The position numbers and the translations under genes are program-made. Of a stretch of 50,077 nucleotides of DNA, positions 25,965 to 37,915 are shown in pieces. The DNA is from Squatina squatina (taxonomy: Eukaryota). The stretch is from assembly GCA_031763465.1 (NCBI GenBank), contig JARFOE010000001.1, forward strand, positions 16,033,591-16,083,667, written 5' to 3'. The stretch's first letter is position 1, and each line of letters opens with the position of its first letter. The notes under the pieces are model-generated. The model did no database searches and was not told the DNA's origin. It saw nothing but the letters and a program-made list of their open reading frames with translations.

Positions 25965-26051
25965 TAATGTTTTCTTTCATTTTAGGTAAGTACAGCAAAC
26001 TCTTATCTTTTTGACATGAACTCCAGGGACATGGATTATACCAAGGTACAA
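25965..26051 (+). promoter_or_regulatory. Candidate recursive splice site (AG 25984-25985 | GTAAGT 25986-25991) with 60-nt RS-exon 25986-26045
   Basis: Polypyrimidine tract tttttctttcattttag directly followed by a perfect donor GTAAGT. A second donor AAG|GTACAA starts at 26046. No repeat recognised at the site. Confidence 0.72.
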
Positions 26052-26489
26052 TTGTGATATTTGTATTAGTATTGGCCTTGCTCTTATCTCTAGTTAATAA
26101 AAGACCTTTTGATTAGGTCATCCTTTGTAACTCTTTGCAATCCATGTTGAATAGAGTCGAGGCTTCAAACATTGGGATAGACACCAAGTATTTTATTATT
26201 TAGTCACCAAAAGTAAAGTGATCATGATGTGATTTTGAAAGTAAATATTTTGTAATCTTACTGCCAAAAAGGAATAGAAATGTTGAGATTATTGTTCTGT
26301 TGATTTCATGGTATTGGAGAGGTAAAGTTTGGTATTCACATAAGGGACTTCTCAGGAGAGCCACTGAATGTGACAGTCAGATACTGTGGAGCATGTTGCC
26401 ACTTGCACCTGTCAATTACCAGTATTCAATTTTAAAGAAGTTGATGAAATTGCCCACCTGTTTATAGAACAAATATTGTTTTGGCAAAA

Positions 26490-26620
26490 TGAAAGCACAA
26501 TGCTGCAGATGCTGGAAATCTGAAATGAAAACAAAATGCTGGAAAACACTCAGCAGGAAAGGGAACATCTGTGGTGAGAGAAACAGTTAACATTTCACAC
26601 AGATGACCTTTCATCAGACC
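26490..26620 (-). mobile_element. Penelope-like terminal repeat fragment with degenerate hammerhead
   Basis: Reverse complement reads CTGATGA-AAGGTCATC-tgtgt-GAAATGTT-AACTG, followed by the family body. Confidence 0.65.
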
Positions 26621-27374
26621 TTCCGTAATATTTTGGTTTAGCTCAACCCTCACTGCATCTCACCTCCGTGGCAGTGAAAACTCACCTTGTTTACTTTGTG
26701 AGCCTAATCATGAATATGATTTTGAACTGTTGAGATTATTGTTCTGTCGATTTCACTACCGAGGCATCCTTACTGTGATACCCGAAGTTTGTAGTTCACT
26801 GTCTTTTTATTCCCACAAAAGCTAATTGGCCTGATTGTAGGTTTTAGTGATATTTCGTACTTTAGAAAAATGCAAAGAATTCTGTTCACATTCCTTTCAA
26901 ATGCTAAATGTACCTAGTAACTTTCATTGGGGAAAATGTTGCTCCACTGTACTGCCATTGAGCTGCTGGATTTTTCTGTCAGTATTTGAATTGCAGTTGT
27001 TTAGTATGTATTCTGTCTTCATTTATGGAAATATTCATACAGTCTCAATTAACAGAATTTTTCCAAACATCCCAGAAATGTTGAGTTCAGATTTTGAATG
27101 GCAAATAATTCAGATTGAATAGATTGTAATCTTTCCTTTCCAAATGGTACCTTTTTGAACAGAGACTGAAGTGCATTTTCGCAATCCGGCCAAGTAAGCA
27201 AAGATTCAAAGACCGCTCTCCAGCATTTAAAAATTCTTCACATTTTGTTTAGAGCTAGCCACTGGATGAAAAAGATTAAACACCAGTGGATCAATCGTGG
27301 GCTAGAATTGCTCCATGCATTGCATTTATACCCCAGGCAAAGCTGTGGACTCATTATGACTCTTCCTTTTGGAA

Positions 27375-27506
27375 TAAATGAAAGACATGCATTTGGTAAT
27401 GCATTCAGAGAAGGCTAACAAGGCAAAGGAATACACAATACCTGATAGGACACTGCAAAGTGTCGAGGACAGAGGGGCCTTGGAGTGTAGGTCCACAGAT
27501 CCCCAA
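27375..27506 (+). mobile_element. CR1 ORF2 fragment
   Basis: MH..KANKAKEYTI.DRTLQSVE..LGV.VHRSP-like sequence downstream of RT. Confidence 0.7.
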
Positions 27507-27606
27507 NNNNNNNNNNNNNNNNNNNNNNNNNNNNNNNNNNNNNNNNNNNNNNNNNNNNNNNNNNNNNNNNNNNNNNNNNNNNNNNNNNNNNNNNNNNNNN
27601 NNNNNN

Positions 27607-27972
27607 CACTCTGACTGTAGTGGCGCAGATTGGGGAGGACGGGTCTCCATACTCGACGAATTTGGAGACCCCCAAGATTCTAGCAGGCTAAAATTCGGTA
27701 CCACCCCGTTTGGCGGTTGTAACCGAGGCGAGGTGGAATTTCCTGCACTCCATGTGGAAGTCCTGTCCCGGCTGCGAAATTGTGTTACCGCCCCTAGAGG
27801 CATATGTGTAGGCCCTTTAACGCTAACATTGCACGTTTTTGCAAGCTAAATTAGTGTTTCTCATCAGAGAGACTAATTGCAGCCTTTAGGAAAAATTTTC
27901 AAAGAGTCCCATTTCCAGTGCTAAATTCGGCACTTAGTGCTAGAAACGCCCAAAACACGAATTGGGCACCCT
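27607..27972. repeat. GC-rich repeat arm(s), same group
   Basis: CpG-rich; ends acgaattgggcaccc, approximately the reverse complement of gggcagccaattcg near 25170. Confidence 0.45.
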
Positions 27973-28316
27973 TAATGTTTCTGACATTTCTCAACAGTAA
28001 GTGGGTTTGTGATCATGATGTCAGTAAATGTGGAAGTTCCTTGTTCAACTTAACCTTTTATGTCCCTAGGAAAGCCCATCTCAACTCTGTCCTCAGTATG
28101 TGTTAACTGCGACCATGGTAAGAATAAAGTGGCTGGGCTGTTGATCAAGCAATTTGGTTTTTTTTTAAGTTTATTTTGACTCTACCAACAAATATAATTT
28201 GTGTACAGACTGTAAAAAATGAAAAAAACAATTGAACCTCCACCATGGATGCTGTGGAATCTGAGCAAGTGGACTGACATGATTAAGTTCTTTCAGACAA
28301 GCTGTTGGTGATGTTA

Positions 28317-28670
28317 ACTGACGTCAGTCAGCAGTTGTGTTGCAGCTGGAAATTAAACTTGGATAGAATTCTTAAGAAGCTATCAGCTTGGCTTGTCCTA
28401 TGAAAGAAGTCAGCTTCAAAAAAAATTACAAGTTCATATTTCCTGATACTGTTGTTTCCGTTTCTGCAGAAAGCAGTGATATCTTAGAGGCATTTTGTAA
28501 TCAGGAATAGATTATGAAAAGGGACAGGCTTTCCTGTGGTAATAAGATAACTGCCTAAGAGCATTTAACCCAGATCTTTTGTGTAGTGCAAGTGTTGGTG
28601 TACAGAAAATCCACCTGAATTCCACTTCCAATGGTCGACAATCCGGTTTGGCCACGTCATAATAAAAGGA
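28317..28670 (+). promoter_or_regulatory. Putative PDE4D8 promoter with CRE
   Basis: Full CRE TGACGTCA at 28319-28326 inside the palindrome ACTGACGTCAGT. CCAAT near 28628, GCCACGTCA at 28651-28659 followed by an AT-rich TAATAAAA, all in the same contig upstream of ATG 28771. Confidence 0.5.
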
Positions 28671-28770
28671 AGTCCTCATTGACAATCAGATGTTCTGATG
28701 TTTACAGCATTATTGGCCTGCTTCCTATTTTAATCAAACCTTAGTGCTAGGCTTAACTTTTTAGCAGCTT

Positions 28771-28859
28771 ATGGCTTTCTACAGTGATTCTGCAGGAGCC
28801 TCAGGCCCTCGTATTTCTCCAAGAGGCAAGAAACAAGTCCGCATTTTGAAGTCTTACAG
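28771..28859 (+). CDS. PDE4D: PDE4D8 isoform-specific first coding exon (below the ORF-track length cutoff)
   Basis: Encodes MAFYSDSAGASGPRISPRGKKQVRILKSY(S), 30 aa like human PDE4D8 (MAFVWDPLGATVPGPSTRAKSRLRFSKSYS). Phase-2 donor AG|GTAGCT is in frame with 31618. Confidence 0.88.
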
Positions 28860-29953
28860 GTAGCTGTATATGTCATTACATTAATGTTATTCAGCTAAAG
28901 GTTACAATGCAGAATTCCAGACTCTGAAAGAAATGTATGATTTTTAATATAGCTGCATTTATTCTGGTTATTTATCATGCAGATGGAAGCAATTGTCCAA
29001 TGTATACTTTATTTAATTGTTTTTATTTACAAAACCTTTCTGAAGTATGTGTTGTTGACATTGTGTAAAACCTTAAAATGCAATAATCTGCATATTCTTT
29101 GCAGGAATGCCTTTGTAAGTGATGCATAGCGATTCATTATCTGGGAACTCTAAAATCTGCTATTGTGCCTTTAAGTTAGATTTCTATTTTTCAGTTGCTC
29201 ACAAAATTGAATAATCTACTGCATATGTATATTAAGTAAGTGCAAACTTTGTCTTATTGAGTGAGTGTGGTTAGATTTTTAGCTCTATTCCTGAAGGAAA
29301 GTGTGTGAGAGGCTGAATTAATGACTCTTGCAACTACCACAAATTCTATGTTTATAAAACAGGGGTAACACAATGGGGAGCCTCACTCAAAGGGAGCCAC
29401 AGGGCAGAGGATGAAAGCTATAGTGTTTTAGCCCCATCCTCAACCTGGGATGGTTGAGATTGGTGAATATATCCAGTAAACTGGAAAATCCTGCGCTTAA
29501 GCTGTCGCAAACTGAGCAAGCGAAGGTTGGAGAAATGCGCATTGCGAAATTTGCCAGCTCCCCACCCACTTCGCACTGCATGTAAGATTTTTGACTTTGT
29601 CCACCAGCAATGCTGTCTCTTGCACAGAATGCAGGAGACGTTTATTAATTTGGCAAATGTTATTCAAATCGAGGTAGCCCACAATTTCCCATTCCTACCA
29701 AACACTATGCAATAACACATTTAAATTGAGTGTTCAAGGCCAACAATGTTATCATCTGTTGGATAGGTATCCCTTAAAGCTACACTTACTTTATTCCTGC
29801 CACTCCTTTGTAAGATATAGGCATTTCTTTAAACACTCAGCTATCACAGGATTTCATTCAGAAGCGGAAAAAAAACCCAAAAACAAAATCAGACACCACC
29901 AGAACAGGACTGCTTGCATCTGTCACTTTGCCACCACAGGCCTATACAAAGCT

Positions 29954-30180
29954 AGAATACAAACAAAAATTGCTGGAAAANNNNNNNNNNNNNNNNNNNN
30001 NNNNNNNNNNNNNNNNNNNNNNNNNNNNNNNNNNNNNNNNNNNNNNNNNNNNNNNNNNNNNNNNNNNNNNNNNNNNNNNNTTTTTCAGTTCTGACGAAGG
30101 GTCATCGACCCGAAACGTTGACTCTGTTTTTCTCTCCACAGATGCTGCCTGACCTGTGCCAGCATTTTTTGTTTGTATTC
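29954..30180. mobile_element. Penelope-like element terminal repeats in inverted arrangement around a gap
   Basis: gaatacaaacaaaaattgctgg left of the gap is nearly the reverse complement of ccagcattttttgtttgtattc on the right. Contains the hammerhead motif. Confidence 0.6.
30087..30123 (+). ncRNA. Minimal type I hammerhead ribozyme motif in a Penelope-like element terminus
   Basis: Stem I AGUU/GACU, core CUGACGA, one extra A, stem II GGGUC-AUC-GACCC, GAAA, self-complementary ACGU as stem III, GUU cleavage triplet. Confidence 0.65.
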
Positions 30181-30619
30181 CACTTTATGTTAAGTTGATC
30201 TTGATACGGTTGAAGGAAAGATGCATACAGAGTGAGTGCCATTACAATAGCTGCAAGGGAAGACCACTCAGTTTGGGAAGGGTGTAGAAGTTTGGCTGGC
30301 TGGCAGTGGTTGTGTCCTCGCAATTTTAGTTATTTGGCAACACTACTATTTTTAACCTGGATGACAATACCACTTTAAAGTAATACATTACAGTTGACAA
30401 ATGCCGCTGTCTGTCAGGGACTTGCTAGAACAGGATGTTCAATAATAAAGATGACGACTGACAGCTGGAACCCACTATGATTTCAAAAGGATCGTGATAA
30501 CAATATGTTTGAATGAAAATTCTGCTGTCAAGTCCATTTAGAATGACACTGATGAAAACATCGCAATGGACTCAATCTGTCTGCCACCATCCTCACTGTA
30601 AATAAATCTGCTGTTGTCC

Positions 30620-30918
30620 TGTTGTCCTGCTCTCTGCCTTCTCCTAAACCGCCTCTGGGGACTGCCTTTTCATCAGCACCCGCATGGGCTTTGACGTGTG
30701 GCTTCAGCAGCAGCAGAGCCTGCAGCTGTTTAAATCTAAATCTTTGGATCTTCCTCGATAAAACCTTCTGTTTAGCTACTTCTCTCTCCAAATTTAAATA
30801 CCTCTTTATATCCTATCTGTTCAAACTTATTCTTCTAACTTTTTGGCATTGATTTCCTCTCTGTGAAGTGCCTTAGGATGTTTAATACATTGAGATCACA
30901 GCAAGGTACGTTGCTGTT
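30620..30918 (+). mobile_element. Decayed L2-clade LINE 3' end
   Basis: GxAFS..AP.LW..LP-like remnant and tail ctgtgaagtgccttaggatgttt. Confidence 0.55.
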
Positions 30919-31579
30919 CTGACAGAGCACAGTGACTACATCCCAGTTGAAACAGAGTCTTCTGTGAGGCCCATATAGTTGCGCTGGAAAGGTAGTCAAC
31001 CTCCTCCGGCCTTTCGGCTCCTGTGCTCTCCTCTCCTATTTCTTTCATTAATCCTCCTCAATTAGAACCACTGTCAACTGGATGTTGCTGAATTTAGACT
31101 GTTCTACTGTGTGGCTCAGGAATACAGTAAGCTCCNNNNNNNNNNNNNNNNNNNNNNNNNNNNNNNNNNNNNNNNNNNNNNNNNNNNNNNNNNNNNNNNN
31201 NNNNNNNNNNNNNNNNNNNNNNNNNNNNNNNNNNNAGGCGCTACTGAGGTGCTAACTTTTGCCTTAACACCTCCGCGGAGGCGACAGCCAATTTCACCCC
31301 GTATATGACCTAAATCAAAACTTATCATTATAACCTTCAGCCCTCTTCCTGCCCAGATATTTAATCATTTTTTTATTTAAAGGTGTTAATCAACAGAGCT
31401 TTTGCTGGAGTATGGTCCATATATCCACTACTCTGGAGGAAAAATTACATTTCTGTTCTGTAGTCTTGCTTGAGGCTTATTTCCATCAGTATCTGAGTAA
31501 TAATAGGGTACAGATCACTATAGGTTGAATCAATAAAAGCAGTGCTTGAGCATTTGATGCATGTCCGGTACAGCAATAA

Positions 31580-31810
<231 letters not shown>

Positions 31811-32919
31811 TAAGTAAAATGAGCATCTTCATTTATGCCCAACAAATGTTCAAGTGTGATGACAAGGTTAACATTCCCCATGTCTCAGAATAAGCAGAAC
31901 ATGTTTATATATTATTGTCTTTGAAAAGCTATGTACTGCATGGACACCTTTCAGGATGAAACCTTTAAATACCGTGNNNNNNNNNNNNNNNNNNNNNNNN
32001 NNNNNNNNNNNNNNNNNNNNNNNNNNNNNNNNNNNNNNNNNNNNNNNNNNNNNNNNNNNNNNNNNNNNNNNNNNNNAGAGTTCCCTGATGCTGCTCCTTA
32101 AACCTCTTAATTATTGATGCAAGCTAGCAGCACATGCATGGCAAACTGACTATGCTTGCCGGGACAATGCTGTAATCATCCTATAAACATATTCCACTAA
32201 AACTTTGAATTTGTTTTACAATATGTATTCATTGCTTTCAAGGTTATCCCAACAATCCTAAAGTTGGTTTAAAAAGACAAGAGCTCCCTCGGTATTCTTT
32301 TTAAAAATCAAATTGTCACAAAGAATTGAACATTTGTTTATTTCTTGTTGATTTTTCCTGAATTACTTTGTTTAAGTTGCATGTGTGAAGACATTGCCCA
32401 TAGTACTGCCTTACAGCAGTTACGCAAACCAAGCAGTGTTGCGTGAAGGAGCTGATTGAACAGCAGTAGAAATTCACAATCTCCGTTAACTCCCCCTACC
32501 CTATCCCTGTGGTTCAATTTCAAGTGCATTAAATCAACTCCTCAAATTCTCAAGCTCATTAGCGTTCACAATTTTGACAAAAATATTCTAGAGGGAAAAA
32601 ACAGCATGATAGAAATCAACCTAATGATACTACAGATTATTTAAAAATGATGAGCAAGAAATTATTGTTGATAGTGATCCCATACCTAATGCAGTCACAT
32701 GAGGTTCCTCCGTAAGTTAAAATAGCATACAGAAGGATGTCATACTGGCACATTTAGTGTCCATTCAATACTTCTGGCAATAGTAATTTATAGCCTAATA
32801 TTCAATAGTTTTCAGAAAGTATGAGTATGATTTCCTCATATATAAAATTGGTATTAAAAGATCAAGCCAATCATCAAATAGTACAATGCAAGATGTGCCA
32901 TTCAGAACAATAATTCACA

Positions 32920-33062
32920 TAGCATCGTAGAATGGTTACAGCACAGAAGGAGGCCATTTGGCTCATTGAGCCCTTGGTGGTTCTATACAAGAGCACCTTC
33001 AGCTAGTCTCACTTCTCCACCCTTTCCCCGTAGCCCTGTAAATTTTTTTCCTTCAGGTAACT
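32920..33062 (-). mobile_element. CR1 3' tail
   Basis: tagaatggttacagcacagaaggaggccatttggc...ctttccccgtagccctgtaaa, related to 12190-12350. Confidence 0.75.
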
Positions 33063-34834
33063 TAGTGAGGAAAGCAAGGCAAAGTAAATGCAAAACTTAA
33101 GGTGGGTAACAATGAATTTAAGAGGACAAACAGGCAGATTGCATAGACTGTATAATATCAAAGGATATTATTAATTATTCTTTGGATCTTTGAGTTTTTT
33201 AAAAGGACACCGATGGTGACAGCATCACTCTTGAAATACTTGAGCACCAAGAACAAAGTCATATTACAGTGAGAGAAATTTTCATTCATTTATCCTCTTG
33301 GTACCCAGTGAGATGAGCATAACCTTTGTCTTCTCAAGACTTTCTTTTGATAACTTTGTCCCTGTTGATAGGATTAATCGCCATCAGAGACCCAGTTTGG
33401 TTTCACGGAGATCAGAACCAGTGCTTACATTGGCGGTAGGAAAGTAAGTGAATGTAGTAGTTGTTCCTTTCCATAAATACTAATAACTAAACCNNNNNNN
33501 NNNNNNNNNNNNNNNNNNNNNNNNNNNNNNNNNNNNNNNNNNNNNNNNNNNNNNNNNNNNNNNNNNNNNNNNNNNNNNNNNNNNNNNNNNNNNCAGCACC
33601 TAAAGCGATTGCTTTCCGAATGGAGGTGCTACTGAGCTCAAAACTTTAAGCGTTCGGCCTTTGCGGAGGTGTCAGGAAATTTCACCCCCACAGTACTCAG
33701 ATCGGTTCAAATACGTGTGTTTGGTGAACAAATGGAAGAAACATGCACATACCTCAGTGAGCACTGTACATGTCACAGCAAGTACACACCTGGGGCGATG
33801 TATCAGAGGATTGATCAATCATTGTACTTGCCACAGAGATGGAGCTTTTATTAAATGTTTCATTAATAGTAAAAGATTTAAGTAAAATTATGAATGAATT
33901 TATTGGAATATAACTCTTATATGAAAAATCATTTGATTGCAGAACAACTACAATAGAAATGATGGTGAAATTTAAAATATTTTATACTACATTAAACATT
34001 TGTTAAAAAAATAACTTGCACAGAATCATTTTGCACAGGGCATTTTTCACTATTATAGTCAGCCTTGACCGCACGTCACTTTTTCCCCTGTCTAGTAATT
34101 TGTGTCATTAAAAATTTGGTACAACCAACAGAATGCATAGTTTAGAGTGTGGAGGAAAGGAAACGTTTTTAAGGGTTCGGTTCAATAAGCCAAAGCACAG
34201 GAGTAAAAAAAAACTGCCCCGCGCTAAATGTAAGCTGGCACAAACTGGTAGAGCATCACGAAGCGGAAAGCCATCCCTCTTGTTACTAAGCAGGTCAAGA
34301 AAGTCGGGTCCTGGTATATCAGTGGGACAACTTGCATCCATATGTGGTCTCATAGCTTCGAACCCAGGGGTGACAGACTTCACTCCATTATCAACAAGTA
34401 GTGCACCAAAGCCAGAAGACGACTGTTGCGGAATTCATTATTTCCTCACCAATTTCTAGCTCTCTTGATGTTGTTAACTCAGTGACACCACACCCCCTTC
34501 CTAAGATTTGGATCTTTGGCATATAATGTGGTATATTTCCCACTATTTTAAATTTCTATCTTTCAAGCCAAAAATAACATATGCTGGAAGAATTAGGGAT
34601 ATTTTTTTAAATATAAAAATAAAGTAGATGTCGACCTTCAGCACAACTTTACAGGATTGGTTATTTTCATTGGGAATCTAACCCCAGATACAGTTTGGTG
34701 ATTTGTGAAGTGAAACACTGACTACAATAATCCCAACCAGCAGTGCTTTCTAACTTCATAAAACCTCTGCGTCTATCCCTGTTCTGGAACCCATGGCAGA
34801 CCTGGGGCAAGCAAGAGTTACTTAGATTAAACAA

Positions 34835-34973
34835 ATGCTGATATGTCTGAGAGAATTGAGGGTGGAAATCACGGAGGTACTGGCCATAATGTTCCAATTC
34901 TCGATACATACAGAGTTGGTGCCAGAGGACTGGAGAATTGCAAATGTTACACCATTATTCAAAAAAGGGTGTA
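34835..34973 (+). mobile_element. CR1 ORF2 fragment
   Basis: LRELRVEITEVLAIMFQFS...VPEDWRIANVTPLFKKG. Confidence 0.9.
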
Positions 34974-36253
34974 NNNNNNNNNNNNNNNNNNNNNNNNNNN
35001 NNNNNNNNNNNNNNNNNNNNNNNNNNNNNNNNNNNNNNNNNNNNNNNNNNNNNNNNNNNNNNNNNNNNNNNNNAGAGGGATGCAAAGTGAGATACACCCT
35101 ATTGGGTTGGGGATGGTGGGAGGAGATAAGAAGAGAGAAATCATGATCTGAATGGAACAGTGAACCTGTTGGGGCATTGGTGGGGGGAGAACCTGTTGAA
35201 AGCAAAGAGAGACAGATGGCATGTTGAGTGGGAGGGTGTGGAAGAGGAACGTTGTTGTGGTGAGGTATCTCTAGCTCTGCTGCAGGCAGGGTGGACAATT
35301 GGTGTCTGGGCCTTCCTAACCCCATGGTGTAAAAAGGGCTAGCCTTCCAACTCACCGTGAAACAGACCATGGGAGATCTGCTAATATATATATTCTTGCA
35401 AGGCTTACTTTTTATTTTATTCACATCACACATTTGGAACTGTCAAGCACTCATCTGGAAATATATATATTTCATCTGTCTTGTTTTTCAAGTTTGTTTG
35501 ACAGTGTATTGAACTAACAGGCTGTACCCACTACCCATGATGATTACTGTTGCTCAGTGTTTGCTCATGTTAGGTATCTCCTGTTACTGAAGCTGGAAAG
35601 TAGGTGTTTGTTTTTACTGTACCGTGGTTACTGCATTTCATTTAGCATGCAGCCACGTCACTCACTAGCAGTGCTCNNNNNNNNNNNNNNNNNNNNNNGC
35701 TTGCAGCAGTCTTGGGCGGTACATAAACAGATTTATTTGGATTTCAAATTGCAAAATAGCTGTTTTCCAGCCCCCAAAACAAAACTGAGTGTTTTAAAAT
35801 ACCCAAGTCACATTGTATATTCACTAAACTCCAATTCAAATGTTGCAGAGAGGTTAACATTATTTCTAAAAAGGTGTTTACAAGAAAGTTTTTTGATGCT
35901 GTCATGTTTTTCAACAGTAACTTGCCATATAAAGGAATGAAGGTCAGATTACAGTGTCATTTTATTGCGCTTTACCTTAATTACTTTATGATGCATTTAA
36001 AAGGTACCTGTTAGCAAAATAAACTCCCACTTTGAGCCACTGTTACGCACAAGTGGGCACTGAATAATGACAGGAATTTAGTGGTGAGCCAGCACTAAGA
36101 CAAATCTTGTTCTAACAAGAAGCAATTGCCTTGAGTAACACTGTAAAATTCAATAGCATGCATAATTTCCCTCCAGAAATATAATTTAATACATTGTGTG
36201 GTATATGGTCCACCTCATGCTACCTTGTAATACTGCACTGAATATTTGTTTCA

Positions 36254-36720
36254 CATAGGATTATACAGCACAGAAACAGGCCATTCGGCCTAACCAGTCC
36301 ATGCCGGCGCTTATGCTTCACTCGAGCCTCATCCTGTCTTTCCTCATCTAAATTTATCAGCATAACTCTCTATTCCCTTCTCCCTTATATGCTTATCTAG
36401 CCTCCCCTTAAATGCATCTAAACTATTCGCTTCAACCACTCCCTGTGGTAGCAAGTTCCACATTCTCACTACTCTCTGGGTAAAGAAGTTCCTTCTGAAT
36501 TCCCTATTGTATTTCTTGGTGACTGTCTTATATTAATGGCCTTTAGTGATGCTCTTCCCCACAAGTGGAAACATTCTCTCTGTATCCACTTTCAAAACCT
36601 TGCATCATTTTAAAGACCTCTATTAGGTCACCCCTCAGCCTTCTCTTTTCAAGAAAGAAGAGACCCAGCTCGTTCATCATTTTGTGATAGGTATACCTTC
36701 GCAGTTCTGGTATCGACCTG
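36254..36720 (-). mobile_element. CR1 LINE 3' end
   Basis: ELGLFFLEKRRLRGDLIEVFKMM on the minus strand, plus FFTQRVV.MWN and tail. Confidence 0.9.
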
Positions 36721-37557
36721 CAGAATTCCACCAGGGACTTCATGAATTCAGTCCGATTACTTCCTGCTTTCTGTTGTTAAAACTGGTTTTCTATCCATTG
36801 GTTAATTTGCCTTTAATTTCTAGAGATTTATCACATTTATTCTAGACATGTATATGCACTAGAATTACTTGAACCTGCAGTATTCTTCTCCACCATGGAA
36901 GGATATCTTAATTCCATTCGCATGGCAGAATAGCTCAGGTGCTTAAGCACTAAATCCTCAATCAAGTTCATATTATATGGTTACCTACTATTCTAATAAA
37001 TTAGCTACAACCTATATTACAAGGTGTGTGGGGAAAAAACGCATCTCTGGGAAAGGACAAGAAAATTGTACAACTCAGACTTCTTAAATCCAGTCAGTAT
37101 ATCACAAAAATCAGGAAGACTACACAACCTCGACTACCTTAGTTTTGGAGGACAGGGAGAAGGACGACCAGGGAGGAAGGCTTTTCAGCAAAACATTCTA
37201 GGATAAAGTTATTTTTCATCAATATCTAAAATGGGAGAACTATTGATAAACTGTTAAAACAAACATTGTGCAATTAAACAAGCTTACCTGGAGAAGAGCT
37301 ATGAAAAGGAAAAAGGAATTGGCTGCTCTTCTGAACTGAGAGTACAGGAACCTCGGCAGGAATGTAAGTGGATTGTATTTTGCAGTGCTAAAGAGAAACG
37401 AGAGAGAAAAAAATTTCACAGATTTTAGGCCAATGTATTCTAATTAGAATGGCTTTTAGATGAAGCAATATATATGCTGGGGAATTTCTCCACCATCATA
37501 ACAAGCACTATGTGCATACAAATGCAAATAAACACACCAAGTATTGAATAATTATCC

Positions 37558-37691
37558 CAGTTCTGGCAAACTGTCATCGACCTGAAACGTTAACTGTTTC
37601 TCTCCCCACAGATGCTGCCCGACCGGCTGAGTATTTCCAGCATTTTCTGTTTTTATTTCAGATTTCCAGCATCCGCAGTATTTTGTTTTTG
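37558..37691 (+). mobile_element. Penelope-like terminal repeat fragment with degenerate hammerhead
   Basis: CAGTT-ctggcaaa-ctgtcatcgacct-GAAACGTT-AACTG, then ccacagatgctgcccgaccggctgagtatttccagcattttctg. Confidence 0.65.
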
Positions 37692-37915
37692 AATAATTAT
37701 TTGTAGGNNNNNNNNNNNNNNNNNNNNNNNNNNNNNNNNNNNNNNNNNNNNNNNNNNNNNNNNNNNNNNNNNNNNNNNNNNNNNNNNNNNNNNNNNNNNN
37801 NNNNNNNACCCCAGCTATTTAGTTTAAAGCCCTCTCTTCAGATTGTTGCTTGGCAACCAGAAGGTAGTGTATAGCTGTCATAGTGCAGAATGCTAAAACA
37901 TTTACAAGAGACCAA

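Noticed and set aside
28060-28123. Short ORF MSLGKPISTLSSVCVNCDH ending at G|GTAAGA as an alternative first exon
   Set aside because: Phase 1 donor is incompatible with the phase-2 acceptor at 31618; no recognisable homology.
33040-33062. Second AG|GT recursive-site look-alike (tttttttccttcag|gtaact)
   Set aside because: Lies at the edge of an antisense CR1 tail, so it is repeat-derived, and the donor is weaker.
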